A stretch of 64,000 nucleotides of DNA, from assembly GCA_009103225.1 (NCBI GenBank), contig RHPI01001946.1:371207-435206 (forward strand), read 5' to 3'. The translations under genes were made by a program, and so were the position numbers. Within the stretch, counting starts at the first letter, position 1. Each line of letters begins with the position of its first letter. Shown piece by piece: positions 47,101 through 59,420 of this stretch. Below the pieces are notes generated by a model. The model worked only from the letters and a program-made list of their open reading frames with translations. It was not told the DNA's origin and did not search any database. This DNA comes from Chlorokybus atmophyticus. Its lineage: Eukaryota > Plantae > Mesostigma and Chlorokybus algae.

Positions 47101-47950
47101 GAGACACGCCGATTATGGAGCTCACACATGGTACTGCGCAAGGCGGAGATTGATGAGCTCACGTGGTTGCGAGACCACTTTGAGGAGCTTAATGTGGCGC
47201 CCATATGGCCTACTGCAGCCGAACGTTGTGCAGTTTGTGGCTGCTAGCGGCACCGGTTGGGGACTAGTGCGCCATGGCACAAATACCCCGGTGGCGAAAG
47301 GCACATTCACATCGGGTGAGTGCTTAACTTCATCAACATATCGCGAGTTACTCGGACTTGAGCGTGCCCTACTCACTGTGGAGGAGGAGCTACATGGACG
47401 CACGGTGCTGTGCTATGGCGATGCCCGCAATGTGTACTACATTATGCGCAAAGGGGGCAATGAGGCCGAGCACTTACAGCAAGTGGCATGCCGTATTTTC
47501 TTACATTGCCACCGGCATCGCATCCGCTTGCACGTGGAGTGGTTGCCACGTGAGCTCAATGAGGAGGCGGACGCGCTTTTCAAAGCACCGGAGTGGAACG
47601 GTTGGACCTTGCAAACCCCATGGGTCCGCTTGCTCGCTCGCAAGTGGGGCCCCTTTTATGTGGACCGCTTTGCCACGGATGCCAACACTGTGTGTGTGGC
47701 CTTCAACTCGGTGTTGCCATGTCCGGGCTCATCCGGCAATGCCTTTCATTGTGACTGAAGTGGTTGCAACAACTGGTGCCATCCCCCACCACACCGGGTT
47801 GGCACTGTTCTGCGTCATGCCCGCGAATGCAAGGCTCGCATGTGCCTCAATGTGCCCGAGTGGACAACCCAAACTTGGTGGCCCGTGCTCTGCCCCGGCG
47901 GCGTGTGGGCACCATTTGTCTCAGACGTTTTGAGCCTACCCAGAGGCCCA
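47100..47950 (+). pseudogene. DIRS RNase H followed by an N6-adenine methyltransferase-like (MT) domain
   Basis: STYRELLG, CYGDARNV, EWLPRELNEEADAL; then VDRFATDAN...FNS...NAF...WCHPPP...LNVPEWTTQTWWPVL. Confidence 0.8.
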
Positions 47951-48052
47951 GCCTGCTTGTTGCCCAGCCCGCAAGTTACGGAACTTCAAGGGGGCTTGCC
48001 GGACAGTCGTATGTGGGCATTGCGGATTGACTTGCGTCCTGGCCATTGACAC

Positions 48053-49111
48053 GTGCTGTGTGCAGCTGCTATTGAGCGTAGCCTTCAGTCGCTCATGCCC
48101 AATGTCCCCGGAGACTACGAGATTGAGCGCCTGCGCACCTTATACCCCGCAGTGGCAGCGGCGTCACGTGCTACTAGCACCCTGCGGGGCCATGAGGGCT
48201 ACTGGCGTCGCTTTGTGGAGTTGTGCACGCCTCGTGGTTGGGCTACCCTGCCAGCCGACCCTGGCACAGTGGCCCTGTTCTTGACCAAGGTGTTGGTGGA
48301 TTCCACCACCCCAGCACCTGTGAAGCATGCCTCTTCGGCCATACATGCTGCGCATACCATGGCAGGCCGGGCTTCTCCCACTGCGCATGCACTCGTTACG
48401 GTGGTTCGTGAGGCCGCTGCCAGGCTGCTATCTTTGAACACACGGAAGAAGGACGCCTACACGCCCGAGCTCTTGCGAGCCATGGTGTCGCACTTTGCTC
48501 GCGACGGGTGGGACTTGGTGGCCAGATTGCAAACGGTGGCGGTGCTGCTGAGGTTTGCGGGCATGATGCGGTATTCCGACCTAGCGGAGGTCAACACGCA
48601 TGACATTGTCTTTCGCCCAGGCCGCATGGATCTCGTCATCCCGCGCAGCAAAACCAATCAACGCGGTGTGGGCGCCACAGTGCATATAGCTGCTGTGGGC
48701 GGTGACTTGTGCCCTGTGATGCACACCGAAAAGTTGTTATTTGCCTTGGGATATCGGCACGCGGGCCCAGGCAAGTTGCTGCGCTCCATCATCCGAGCGG
48801 GGGGGGCGTGCGTCATACGCAACACTGTGGTGCCATACGGCACCATCCTTGGTTGGGAGAAGGCAGCCATTAAAGTGGCAGGGGAGGACCCCACGCATTT
48901 TGGCACACACTCTGCCCGTTCAGGAGCTGCGACCCAAGCCGTGAAGGCTGGTGTGCCCCAGCACCTGTGGCAGCAGTTTGGGCATTGGAAGTCTTCCACT
49001 GCAGCTGAGGGCTATGTGCGCGCAGCGTTGCCTGAGTTGCACACGCTGACGAGGAGCCTCGGCTTGGGTAGTACGTGCTCTCACTGTTTTTATCCATCTA
49101 TCGACCCATAG
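48053..49111 (+). CDS. DIRS tyrosine recombinase, intact ORF
   Basis: 352 aa; RYSDL, HSARSGAAT, GHWKSSTAAEGY (R-H-R-H-Y tetrad/pentad). Confidence 0.92.
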   Translation: MLCAAAIERSLQSLMPNVPGDYEIERLRTLYPAVAAASRATSTLRGHEGYWRRFVELCTPRGWATLPADPGTVALFLTKVLVDSTTPAPVKHASSAIHAAHTMAGRASPTAHALVTVVREAAARLLSLNTRKKDAYTPELLRAMVSHFARDGWDLVARLQTVAVLLRFAGMMRYSDLAEVNTHDIVFRPGRMDLVIPRSKTNQRGVGATVHIAAVGGDLCPVMHTEKLLFALGYRHAGPGKLLRSIIRAGGACVIRNTVVPYGTILGWEKAAIKVAGEDPTHFGTHSARSGAATQAVKAGVPQHLWQQFGHWKSSTAAEGYVRAALPELHTLTRSLGLGSTCSHCFYPSIDP

Positions 49112-50529
49112 CGACCCCCCAGCATGAGCTGTGTGTCGCATATAACTCGTGTGTGAGTTTAAGCTGATCGTACCAACTACATGTAGGCGCCGCCTATACA
49201 TGTACCTTCTACAACCTATAACCTATAATTTAACAAAGAGCTCTTTGAAGCCTGCGGCGATATTGGCGGCAAGCAAGGCAATTGATGGGAAGCCAAAAGC
49301 ATTCACGCCCAAAACGCGGTTGTGGAAGGTGTGTCGGGTGCCACTTGCGGGTTGCTCGCCACACGACCACGTGTGGCGAGCAAGGCCACATTGCAAGGAA
49401 TTGTGGGAAAGGGAAGAGGGTGGTGTGCTCTCGTTGCAAGAAGGGCGGGCATATTGATGCCAAGTGTTGGAGTAAGCATCCAAAACTATGTCCAAAACAA
49501 GGAGGGGCAGTCGGAGCTCACTCGAGTGTGAGACAAGAGCCAATAATGATGGAGGTGACAAAGGCATTTACGACAATGCAAGCGGAGTATGCATTATTGA
49601 AAAATGTGCTTGAGCTAGGGAAATGGCCCGAGAGAATAGCGGAGGATAAGCCAAGCAGCTCGGGAGGCTACCTTGCGTATAGTGGGCTCCGGAGGCATTA
49701 AGGTGGCAGCGGTTGCGACGACAAGAGCGTTGGTACAGCGCACCGCCGCACCAGCTCCCCCAATCAGGATAGTTGAGGAGGAGGCCGCGCCCGTCCGCGA
49801 GGAGGGTGCGGATCATGATAGGATGCGGGCACCAGCTGCACGCATGCCTATATCATTCAAGTTGCTGCCAACATCCCCCTTGGAGCAAGAGTTTGCGCTT
49901 GGAGGGTGCGAAAGTGCAGCCAAATGTTACGGCAACGCCGCGACATAATGTCGGCATTGGTGGCGGTGGTGAGCACAAGAGGGTGGAGGAGCTATCCAAT
50001 ATGTGTGAACCTTTTTAAGGGTGCCAAGATGCTTTCCCAACAGCCCGCAACTCAAGGCAATGAAGAAAATTTAAAGTTGAAGGCACCATTGGAGAGCGTT
50101 GTGGCGGAGCTGGTTGGGCAGCCGCTTGTTCGTGTAAAGGACCTCAAAGTCAGCAAGGAACACGTGGTGGAGCTATTGCAAAGCGCTTTAGACACCACAA
50201 TGACAAAGGCTCATAACCATGTTAGCAAGTCTTATGAAGATATGGTGGCGCAACAGGCCATATGGCTGCGCGCGCGGAGCTGGCGGCGCCCGAGGGGTTG
50301 GCGTCGCCAGCGAGCTCTCTCACTTAGCATCAAGACACACTAAAGGAAGGCATTGAGAGTGCAGGGGGGATGTGTTGGCACAGCTTCCGGCCACTCGGTC
50401 AGCCTTGAGAGAAAAGTTATCGCCAAATGTGGCGATGGTGGACACAGCAGCTTAGACGGCTTCGTGCCGATGTTGTCTTGGTGAATACAGGTGCACAAAC
50501 TATTATTGGGAAGGAGAACCCCTGCATGG

Positions 50530-51297
50530 AAGCGTTAATGATCAACAACATTCCGCACCCCGAGGACCAAACTATAGACACCAGGCAATCATCTCTGCAA
50601 TAAGCATTGGAGGAGATGCTGTGGAGGTGCAGGATGAGCCCAGGTATGTGCTAAGGAACACGGGACTTGAAGAAGCTTTTAATACTTGGCAGCATTACTC
50701 AAGGAAGAGGAGCCTACCACATATGAAAAGGCAATGACAGCCCCGGACACAGAGCTATGGCAGCATGCAATGGATGAGGAGATAGCATGTTTGCACATCA
50801 ACGGCGCATGGATGTGAAGAGGGTTCCACCTGGAGTGAATCCCTTACCGGTGAAGTAGGTGTACAAAATCAAGTGCAGTGGGCAAGGCCGCATCGAGAGA
50901 TACAAAGGCTGCAGCAAATATTAAGTCCACTACGCGGAGAATGACCAAGCAGGAGACTTTGGACTTGCTCATCAGGGTGGCGCAGTATGTCGCAGCCAAC
51001 GCCTTTAAAGATTGGCAAAAACTTCGCGTATACCAAGCCTTAGGAGGCGTGGCTTAGCTTGTTAAGAAATTTGTTGTAAATTGGATAGCTAAGCTTACAT
51101 AGAGGCATTTGCTGAGTATAACTAATGTGGTGCTTGCTGAAGTAGACATGTGTAGTTTGACTGGTATAAATGCCAGCGGAATTAACAAGTTGTTAGTTTG
51201 GGTGAAACCCCTTTGCAAGCCTTGTGTGCACGCCTTGTGTGTATGTTTTGGTGCATGTGTATGCTGTAGTTGGCCAGCGCTGGCTTAGTATTCAACA
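50530..51297 (+). pseudogene. Deleted Copia remnant (RT start fused to a partial LTR), same family as H
   Basis: EEPTTYEKAM...WQHAMDEEI...GRIERYK, homologous to 26180-26560; 50908-51297 is homologous to LTR 40880-41390. Confidence 0.7.
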
Positions 51298-51380
51298 TGT
51301 TTGTCCTTTTTCATCACCCTCTGCTCCACGGTGAACAGCTTCGGTAGTACATCATCCAGCGTCATCTCCAATAATGATGT

Positions 51381-53617
51381 TGTTGAAGGTTAAGCATATG
51401 AGGTTTGCTAGTATAGTATGCTTATAATACAGTCAGGTTGTTGATGTTACTTGGAGCATGTGCGGCGGTTATGCAATGGGAATTACAGTCAACAGGAGTT
51501 ACGGGAGTTACAAGAGTTACGATAAATTTTGACTTTGACCATTGATTAGGGTTGACAAGGGTTGATGTTGACCGTTGAATAGTGTTGATTAGAGTTGACT
51601 TTGACTAGGGTTGACTAGTCTTTTTTGGTGTTCACTAGCTTAGTATATAAGTCACTGTATGTGGCGCATACAGGTGGAACTGCAATAGGAACATACTTCT
51701 CTTTGTTGTTGACACGCTATTGCACTTGTTGTTCCCCTAATGTGAGCGCATGTATGAGGTAGGGCGCATACATGCACACTGATTCTTAACAGGTTATGGG
51801 CCCACACATGCTTAGAGTGTAAGTGTGTTGTGGTAGTGTAGGAAGTTGTGGTTGCTTAAGGGGAGTAGGTTGCGGGCTCTATGTGTAGCAGAAGGGCAAC
51901 CAATGCCAAAGAAGCATGGACAACATGAAGATTACAATTGAGCCGCTGGACGTGGACAACTACAGCACCTGGAGCATCAAGATGGAGCTGCTGGTACACA
52001 AGGACATGTGGAAGTATGTGGCCCCCGCGAAGGATGTGCCTTTGAGAAAGGAGGCAACCTGTGAGGAAGAAGGGAAGAAAGCTTTGGCATTGCTGGGTTT
52101 GCACGTTGCTAAGCATCACTTCATTATGGTAAGAGAGTGCAAAGGTGCAAAGGACTTTTGAGCAAAGCTTGAGAGCCACTTTAATCTCGCAACATGGCGA
52201 GGAGGCTGCAGTTCAGGCAAGAGCTGAACGCATTGTGGAAGGAGAGTGGAGAGCCAATCACGAAGTTTGTGGCGCATGCAAAGGCGTTGTGGAAGGACTT
52301 GCTGGGTGTAGGGCACGAGTTGAAAGAAGTGGTGTGGGTTGTGCTTTCAGGGTTGCCAAAGATGTATAAGGTGGTGGTGACCATTATGGAGTCTGCAACG
52401 GAGGAGTTGACACTTGATGGCATAACACCACATCTTCTTCAAGAAGAGCAGCGCTTGCAGAAGGAAGGTTGGGAAGATAGACCAGATGCAGCTATGGCTT
52501 TTATGGTAAAGAAAGGCACTCATGGTAGCGGCAAGGAGTGTTGGCGTTGCGGCGAGCGTGGTCACTTCAAGTATGAATTTCCCAAATGAAGACGTCCACC
52601 TACGGGAGCCCCAATAGCAAGAAGGGTGAGAGAATTGCACTCTAGGGCTATGATGTAGGTTGGAGAAGGAGGAGGAGATGGTGGCAATCTCTTTTGAATG
52701 AAGCTTGGAGGATCTAGCTTCGTGCTGAGTGCGAGCAGTACTTGGTGGAGGAGGCGTCCTTCATACGTGGGAGCTGGTATATGTCACCTTGGAGTGTTGT
52801 AGTGCGTGAAGTACTTGCGGAGCGTGCCAAGAGCGCGTGGTTGCTGTCTGCTCAACAGCATGGTGTTTGAGCGTGATGCTTGAACACGGATATGAGAGGA
52901 GTAGCTGAGCGCGAGAAGCGTGGAGGTTACACTCTGCGAGCATGGTATATAATGGTATAGCATGGTATATAACTCAAGGTATACTATATGTAAGCGAGCA
53001 GGTTGCAGGGTGACAAGTATTGGGAGCGAGCAGCTCGAGGTGCTAGCGTCATGTATTGGAGCGAGAAGTTCCAAGTTACTTTGAAGGCAATGAAGGCCTG
53101 GGAGCTTGTGCATGTTGATATGCAGATGCGGACAACAAGCTGCCTGCATGGGAGTGTTTAAGGTTAAGCATATGAGGTTTGCTAGTATAGTAGGCTTATA
53201 GTACATGTTGAAGGTTAAGCATATGAGGTTTGCATAAGCATACTGTAGTATGCTTATGGTACAGTCAGCTTGTTGATGTGACTTGGACCATGTGCGGCGG
53301 TTACACAACGGGAGTTACAACAGGAGTCACGGGAGTTACGAGAGTTACGGTCAACTTTGACTTTAGCCATTAACTAGGGTTGACTAGGGTCGACTTTGAC
53401 CATTGACTAGTGTTGACTAGAGTTGACTTTGACTGCGGTCGACTAGTCTTTTCTAATGTTGACTAGCTTAATATATAAGTCACCGTATGTGGCGCACAGG
53501 TTGAACTGCAATAGGAACATACTTCTCTTCGTTGTCGACATGCTATTGCACTTGTTGTTTCCCTAATGCGAGCGCATGTATGAGGTAGGGCGCATACATG
53601 CACACTAGTTCTTAACA
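51381..53617 (+). mobile_element. Gag-only Copia-type element (LTRs 51381-51791 and 53155-53617), TSD GATGT
   Basis: PBS ggttatgggccca at 51792-51804; gag DVDNYSTWSIKM...CWRCGERGH with one stop; PPT gctgcctgcatgggag; no recognisable pol in the 1.36-kb interior. Confidence 0.88.
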
Positions 53618-53901
53618 GATGTCTCCAGCAGTGTTGCAACAACCTCGTGCTCTACTGGTAGCGCTGCGAAAATAGCCAGCACGACCTCCATCTCCTCCAT
53701 GTTGTGGCCGACGTTGATGAGGTCTGCCCACAGCTCTCTTGCACACGTAACATACTTTGTGATGGGGTCTGCTGCCTCCTTCTTGAGTGCGCTCAACTGC
53801 TTGCATAATTGCAACTTCTTAGCATTGTTCTTGGCACGGAAAGCGGCTGATGGTTTTTCCTTAGAATGTCCACCATCTTCACATGCCATGAGTATGGGAA
53901 A

Positions 53902-56216
53902 TGTTGAGAACTAGTGATGCGCCCAGTGTGTGTGTATTTGCCTCCTATATACAAGTGTGCACACACTAAGGACAAGTGCAGCAAGCACTCCAACTATAGA
54001 GACAATGTGCGACCCACTGTATTAAGTAGTATACAGTGTCTTATATACTATGCTAGTAAGCACTAGTCAACTCTAGTCAACTTTGGTTAAAGTTAACACT
54101 GGTCAACACTAGTCAATGGTCAAAGTCAACAGTCAAAGTCAACGTTGACCATAACTGCCGTAACTCTCGTAATTCTCGTAACTATAAGGTTAAGCTGATC
54201 GTACCAACTACATGTAGGCGCCGCCTATACATGTACTTTCAACAAGCTATAACATTTAACACTCCCACGCGAGCAGCTTGACCTTGAACTCCAAGTTGTT
54301 CTCGCAAGCTTACCCACATTAACTTACCCCATTGAACACTCCCACGGATCTGTTGCTCCCACGGACTTGATGCTTGTCTCCATAACATCATCTTTCTCCT
54401 CATGCTGCCAGCAAGACTACAAGGTTCCAATACTCCTTGTTTCCTTTTGATAGCTGTCGCATCAGATTCCACCACGCCACGCCTGACCTTGCTTAGGTGG
54501 TTTCAAGAAGATTCCCTCAATGGCAAACTATGCTATAAACTACATCAAGTTCTCTACCTTAGCAATGCTGAACCAGAGTGTAGGCCGTGCAAGGGTTGAG
54601 CAGACCTTCTACCAAGGAAAGCACCCCTCCCATCTTCTGTTAGCTAGCTACACAACTCAGTCCTTGCATGCCAATTACATGAAGTGTTTAATCCGGTACC
54701 GTACACCTGTGCGCTACCAAAAAACAACTCCACAGCAATGCAACCTTTAGTGTATGCAGCTCAGCACCAGCAACTACTCATAGGCTAGCAATAACTCTCA
54801 CAAACCTTTGTGTCTGCGACCTCCATCTACGCATGTCCTTCACGCGCCCTTGCAATGGGAGAGGACGGACGAACACCATCCATTGTAACTCCTTGAGGTC
54901 CTCACCAATGCTAGAAAGCAACTGCCTCCGTGGCGTGCTCCTCCTTGGTTGCCTCATCGTGGATCCTCTTCTGGCACTCGCGAATGAAGTGGCCCTTCAT
55001 CTTGCAGTAGTGACACTCTTTGTCACGTGATGACTTCCCACCACATGCTTTGCTTCTGCTTTGTGTGTGTTGAGAAGATAAGGCAGCAAGTGCGATACGC
55101 TCTCCACCATTCTCTATCTCCTGAACATCCAACTTGCTTTCCACAGCTAGCAGCTTAGGTACTACATCAGCAAACTTCAAAACCACATTTGAGGACTCCA
55201 CCACAGTCACTAGCGTAGCAAAGCTCTTTCCTAAGCCAGCTGAGACTGCCCACATCACCTCCTCTTCCTTCACATCGTGGCCCATTGCTGCAAGGTCTTG
55301 CCAAAGCTCCCTTGCACGTGAGATGTACTTCTGGATTGGCTCTTTGTGCTCCGTTTTTAGAAGTGTCAGCTTGCGTCTCAGCTGCAACTTGAGCGAGTTG
55401 CTATTGGCCTTGAAAAGGGTGTCGAAGACCCCCCACGCCTCACGTTCAGTCTTACAATCCGCAATAAGAGGGAGATGGAAGTCTTTGACGTGCAAGCCTA
55501 TCAGCGCAAAAGCTGATTGTGAGTTCTCTGTCCAGGTACTAGTATCACCTGTTCTTAGCCTCAATGATGTGGAGGAGGTGGGATCGACAAAACTCCAGAG
55601 CTTCTCGCGGATAAGCACCAACTTCATCTTTAGCAACCATGAAGCGTAGTTGTGCAGACCAAGGAACTCACTGGGCATCCTATCTGTGTCAGCCATTGCT
55701 TGCTACACAATAGTACAACTCACCCTCTCCCCAAGAACACTCTACTAGTAGGCGCCTATGCTCAACACTTTCTCTCACTATCACAAGCGATCACACAAGC
55801 GAGCGTGGGCCCATAACCTGTTGATAATTAGTGATGCGCCTAGTGTGTGTGTATTTGCCTCCTACATACAAGTGTGCACACACTAAGGACAAGTGCAGTA
55901 AGAACTCCAACTGTAGAGACAATGTGCGACCCACTGTATTAAGCAGTATACAGTGTCTTATATACTATATTACTAAGCATTAGTCAACTCTAGTCAACTT
56001 TGGTCAAAGTCAACACTAGTCAACACTAGTCAATGGTCAAAGTCAATGGTCAAAGTTAATGTTGACCATGGTTAACCATAACTGCCGTAACTCCCGTAAC
56101 TCTTGTAACTCTCGTAACTCTCGTAACTCCCGTAGTTATACAGGTTAAGCTGATCGTACCAACTACATGTAGGCGCCGCCTATACATGTACTTTCAACAA
56201 GCTATAACATTTAACA
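53902..56216 (-). mobile_element. Gag-only Copia-type element F (LTRs 55819-56216 and 53902-54259)
   Basis: PBS ggttatgggccca on the minus strand ending at 55818; PPT reverse complement ctcccacgcgagcagc at 54260; TSD only partly matching (ggaaa/aaaaa). Confidence 0.85.
54911..55696 (-). CDS. gag: Copia Gag, intact ORF with CCHC knuckle
   Basis: 261 aa; NYASWLLKMKLVL, KLQLRRKLTLLK...IQKYISRAREL, CHYCKMKGHFIREC. Confidence 0.85.
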   Translation of the reverse strand: MADTDRMPSEFLGLHNYASWLLKMKLVLIREKLWSFVDPTSSTSLRLRTGDTSTWTENSQSAFALIGLHVKDFHLPLIADCKTEREAWGVFDTLFKANSNSLKLQLRRKLTLLKTEHKEPIQKYISRARELWQDLAAMGHDVKEEEVMWAVSAGLGKSFATLVTVVESSNVVLKFADVVPKLLAVESKLDVQEIENGGERIALAALSSQHTQSRSKACGGKSSRDKECHYCKMKGHFIRECQKRIHDEATKEEHATEAVAF

Positions 56217-58149
56217 AAAAAGTGAAGCGATTTGCAATTCAACACAAGCAAACAGTGTGCTTTTGCTGAATGCTTTAACCACATAGTGTTAGCTCCTGGT
56301 AGTGGTGGTGATGCCTTCGGATAAACGTACTTCCACATCTTGTTGTGGAGATGAGCAAGGCCTTCGTCTCCGCACACCACATACTGTAATTGTCGGTGTC
56401 AAGCTTTGCAATCTGCCCCTTGTTGTAGGTCGCCTCCATCTTTGTCGCTCCTGCCTTTTTGCAGTTGACACCTTAGGCTCTGCTACTCACAAGCTACCGT
56501 ACAATTAAATCAAACAGTGCACTAGTCTCACACCCCTTATAGGTAGTATGGATCCATACCTGTTGAAGGACTAGCATGCACATGTAGCTGGGACAAGCAT
56601 GGATACACATATCTGTATCCATGGACGAGAGCTATCGCCACCAGAGCATACAGAATTCACATCATAGTCACCTATGGCAAGTTGTCCATTTGCTCTTGTA
56701 CCAGCCGGTTATACACGCATCTACATTTGCAAGCACTACGTAAGCTGTACTCAGACTTTTGCGTCGCTGTAGGTTGCACTGTCTTTCTCACAACCAGAGT
56801 TTTCCAATAAGCTCTTACATGCTTTCTAAGGATCGAAATACATTGAGATAAGAAGTATCATCTAGGCACCTAGTCTAGACACTAGCTGAGCAATGTCTTG
56901 CCAAGTCCGAAGTTCACGTGCTTCACCTTACGAAGTCCTCTACCCCAGTGTGGAGGGGTTGATGCTGATTGTATGTAAGAATACCCTCAACAAGAGCGCA
57001 ACAACATTCACACCTCCTGAAGCTTGTAAATGTTAGAGGCAAACAAGATAACAACAACCGTTATTCACCATCGTGTAGTTGTTAATGCAAGTAAATCTTG
57101 CCCAGCACAGTTCGCTCCCCTCCTATCTATAATAGTGGAGAGGTGTGCAAATAGGCAATGTTGAAGTACGACACAACGGGTGTTCTACTGGTAGTTGCAA
57201 CGATCACTATGTAGACACATCCAATGCACATTATACGTGTATAATACAATGTTTTGGTAAAAGAGCACAGAATGAATCACTCGGAGTTGGTGCTAAGTCA
57301 CTTGCAATGCTCTATGCGTGCAATTCAATTGTAGCACTATAAACATGCTGTACAGGTTGCAAGTGAAGAGAACACAGCTGGCTTTGGGTGGTGCCGTACA
57401 GTCGGGGCGGCTGCAATGTAAGCGAGATGACGGCAGGCCTTTCACCATATTGCAGGCCTTTCAGAAAGCTTCTGATAGGCCTGCAATATGCTCACAACAC
57501 ACTCTCGCAACACTCACACTCTTCAAGTTGAGAATATCTGTTATTACAACAATGTCAAACCATAAAGTCTCAACTCTGACCAGCTAACTATTAGGTATAG
57601 GGAAGGGTAAGAGTCAAAGTATCGTCCTTAAGCGGAAGAGCAAAACTTGCATTATCAACTAACCAGTGGAGGATGCTAGGTGGGTACTTCTACCATTGTG
57701 CAGTCACAACAATTGTAATTGTTGTATCTGTCCTTCCTCTTACATCCGCTTCATTTCACGCGGGAAGCTATCGAGGCTTCTCAGTCATTAATGATGACCA
57801 GCAGTTAATCCGACTATGAATCCGGTTTGAACGCAAAATATTCATAGCAAAAATGGTGCGATAAGGCTGCCTAGGTTGCATGTGAGCGCTTTTGTTATAA
57901 ACGGCCTTGTTCATAGTGCTTGCGGTGGGTGTGTATCTGCAAGCTCCTGCTGTGGCACAATGGCGAGAATGTTGTTGTGGGAGCGGCAGTGCGGAGCCGC
58001 TGAGGTGGCGCGTCGGGAGGCGCAGGCTGTCAATGGTCTACGGAGGCGGAGGAGGCCGTTGTTGCCTTGGAAGCTAAGGAAGTTAGTCTCCCTGTGCTGT
58101 TAGCTAAGCATGATACTTGGCCTAAGATAGGTGAGACCTCTGCTAGTGG

Positions 58150-59420
58150 AGGTCTTGTGGTTGGTGAGGTGAAAGCGCGCCCTGCAAGTGTAGGTGACCC
58201 TGCCACTACATTCCTTGCGCATGAGCTCACTCGCTAGCCGGCCAATGAGCAGGTACACACGGGAGGTGGACTATCCCACATCCTACACGAAGCGCTGAAC
58301 TCTTCTCCACATAGGAGGGAAACGTGCCGAGATCTTTTACGCAATGACGTACATGACAGCGTGATGTTGCGCTAGCTATGTCGAGTTGTACATGTTGCAT
58401 GATGTTGATAGCAAGTGCAATCGCAGATGCTCCAAGACTTGAGGCACCGTCTCTCGTGACCTTGCGACATGATTGCAAGGCGCTGATTGCCGTTGCAACC
58501 AAGTACCAAGAACATGGTTCCCCAACTGCTCATTGCCATGTGCACCAGAGTGTCGCTCCTATAAGGTGACCGCTATATCTCAAGGGTGGGACCCCAACCT
58601 ACCAGCATAGGAAGCTCGTGGGCTACCCGAGCAATGCCCCAAGTGCAGGCGCTATAGGTGCTTAACGCGCTGCATGGTTCTCTAGGAGGCCGACGTTGTC
58701 TGACAGTGTGGTCCCTGGGCCGATCAAGAGCCCCCCTGTGTGGACGCACTACATGCCGCGAAAAGAGTTGCGGATGCTGGCAACTAGGAACCACTACACA
58801 ATGCTTATAGTGTAGCAGCAATAGTGCCATCCATAGTCGTACTGTGATGTGTATACTTGAGTAGCATCATGTATGCCAGTGTTTACTGTGCTCGCATATA
58901 CACCCACTCATGCGATGCTATATATGGCATCGTGCGCGCATAACAACAGCTGCTGCATGGCCTTCCTCTTGTAGTGGTGACAACCTCCCTAGCTGCGTGC
59001 CATAGTGATACCCTCCTAGTTGTGTGCTCAGTGTGGCATGTACGTCATCACGTGCGCATGGCAATGAGTGCTCATGGCATGACATACACCTCCTCTGCAA
59101 CTTAAAGCTCAAAAGTGCTTCGCTCCATCTTGCAATATGCCGCCCCTATTACCCTCAAACTCAATCTTAGCACGAGCAGCAGCCTTCATCGAGAACAGAC
59201 TCGCAGCAACTTAAGGCACCAAATGAAACTTTTTCGAGCTGCACTTGCCTTGTTGACCCCCCAATTTGGCAATTAAGAATAACATTGCCCCGACCACTAG
59301 CAGCCATCACGTTTCCCATCATTGCATACTCAACGGACATGGGCTTGTCCAGGGTTCAGAAGATGACAGAGACAGACTTGTTAACAGTTACACGAGAAGT
59401 AGCACACAATTCTTAAGCAC
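58150..59420 (-). pseudogene. Very degenerate Ty3/Gypsy pol remnant (RNase H / integrase zinc finger)
   Basis: Only weak motif traces (VATAISALQSCRKV; NKASAARKSFIWCLKLLR). Confidence 0.3.

Larger units (their letters stand above)
43577..49159 (+). mobile_element. Near-complete PAT/TOC1-like DIRS element E (ORF1, gag-CCHC, RT, RNase H, MT, YR), no TSD
   Basis: Flanks ataatggt| and |taagctgatcg rejoin to the intact LTR sequence aaggttaagctgatcg (54187); repeats ordered A-spacer-B'-A'-ORFs-B. Confidence 0.9.
43268..49235 (-). mobile_element. Copia solo LTR (family R2), TSD AAGAG, interrupted by DIRS element E
   Basis: aagag|tgttgag...(E)...tttaaca|aagag; the two halves match the intact LTRs at 53902-54259 and 55819-56216. 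Confidence 0.88.
42400..50520 (+). pseudogene. Degenerate Ty3/Gypsy gag-protease related to family B, split by a solo LTR and a DIRS element
   Basis: LQDYINRFELE...KMLPLYLIDEA...LNFFKR (gag-like, 42590-43200); after 49240 two knuckles (TCGEQGHIARNC, CSRCKKGGHIDAKCWSKHPKL) and VLVNTGAQTIIG (~50480). Confidence 0.6.
51300..56992 (-). mobile_element. Truncated Copia G (5' LTR 56561-56992, gag split at 51300-51380, 53623-53901 and 56217-56480) hosting two gag-only elements
   Basis: Gag pieces join across the insertions (LLETS|...MTLDDVLPKL); degenerate PBS next to the LTR at 56550-56560. Confidence 0.7.
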
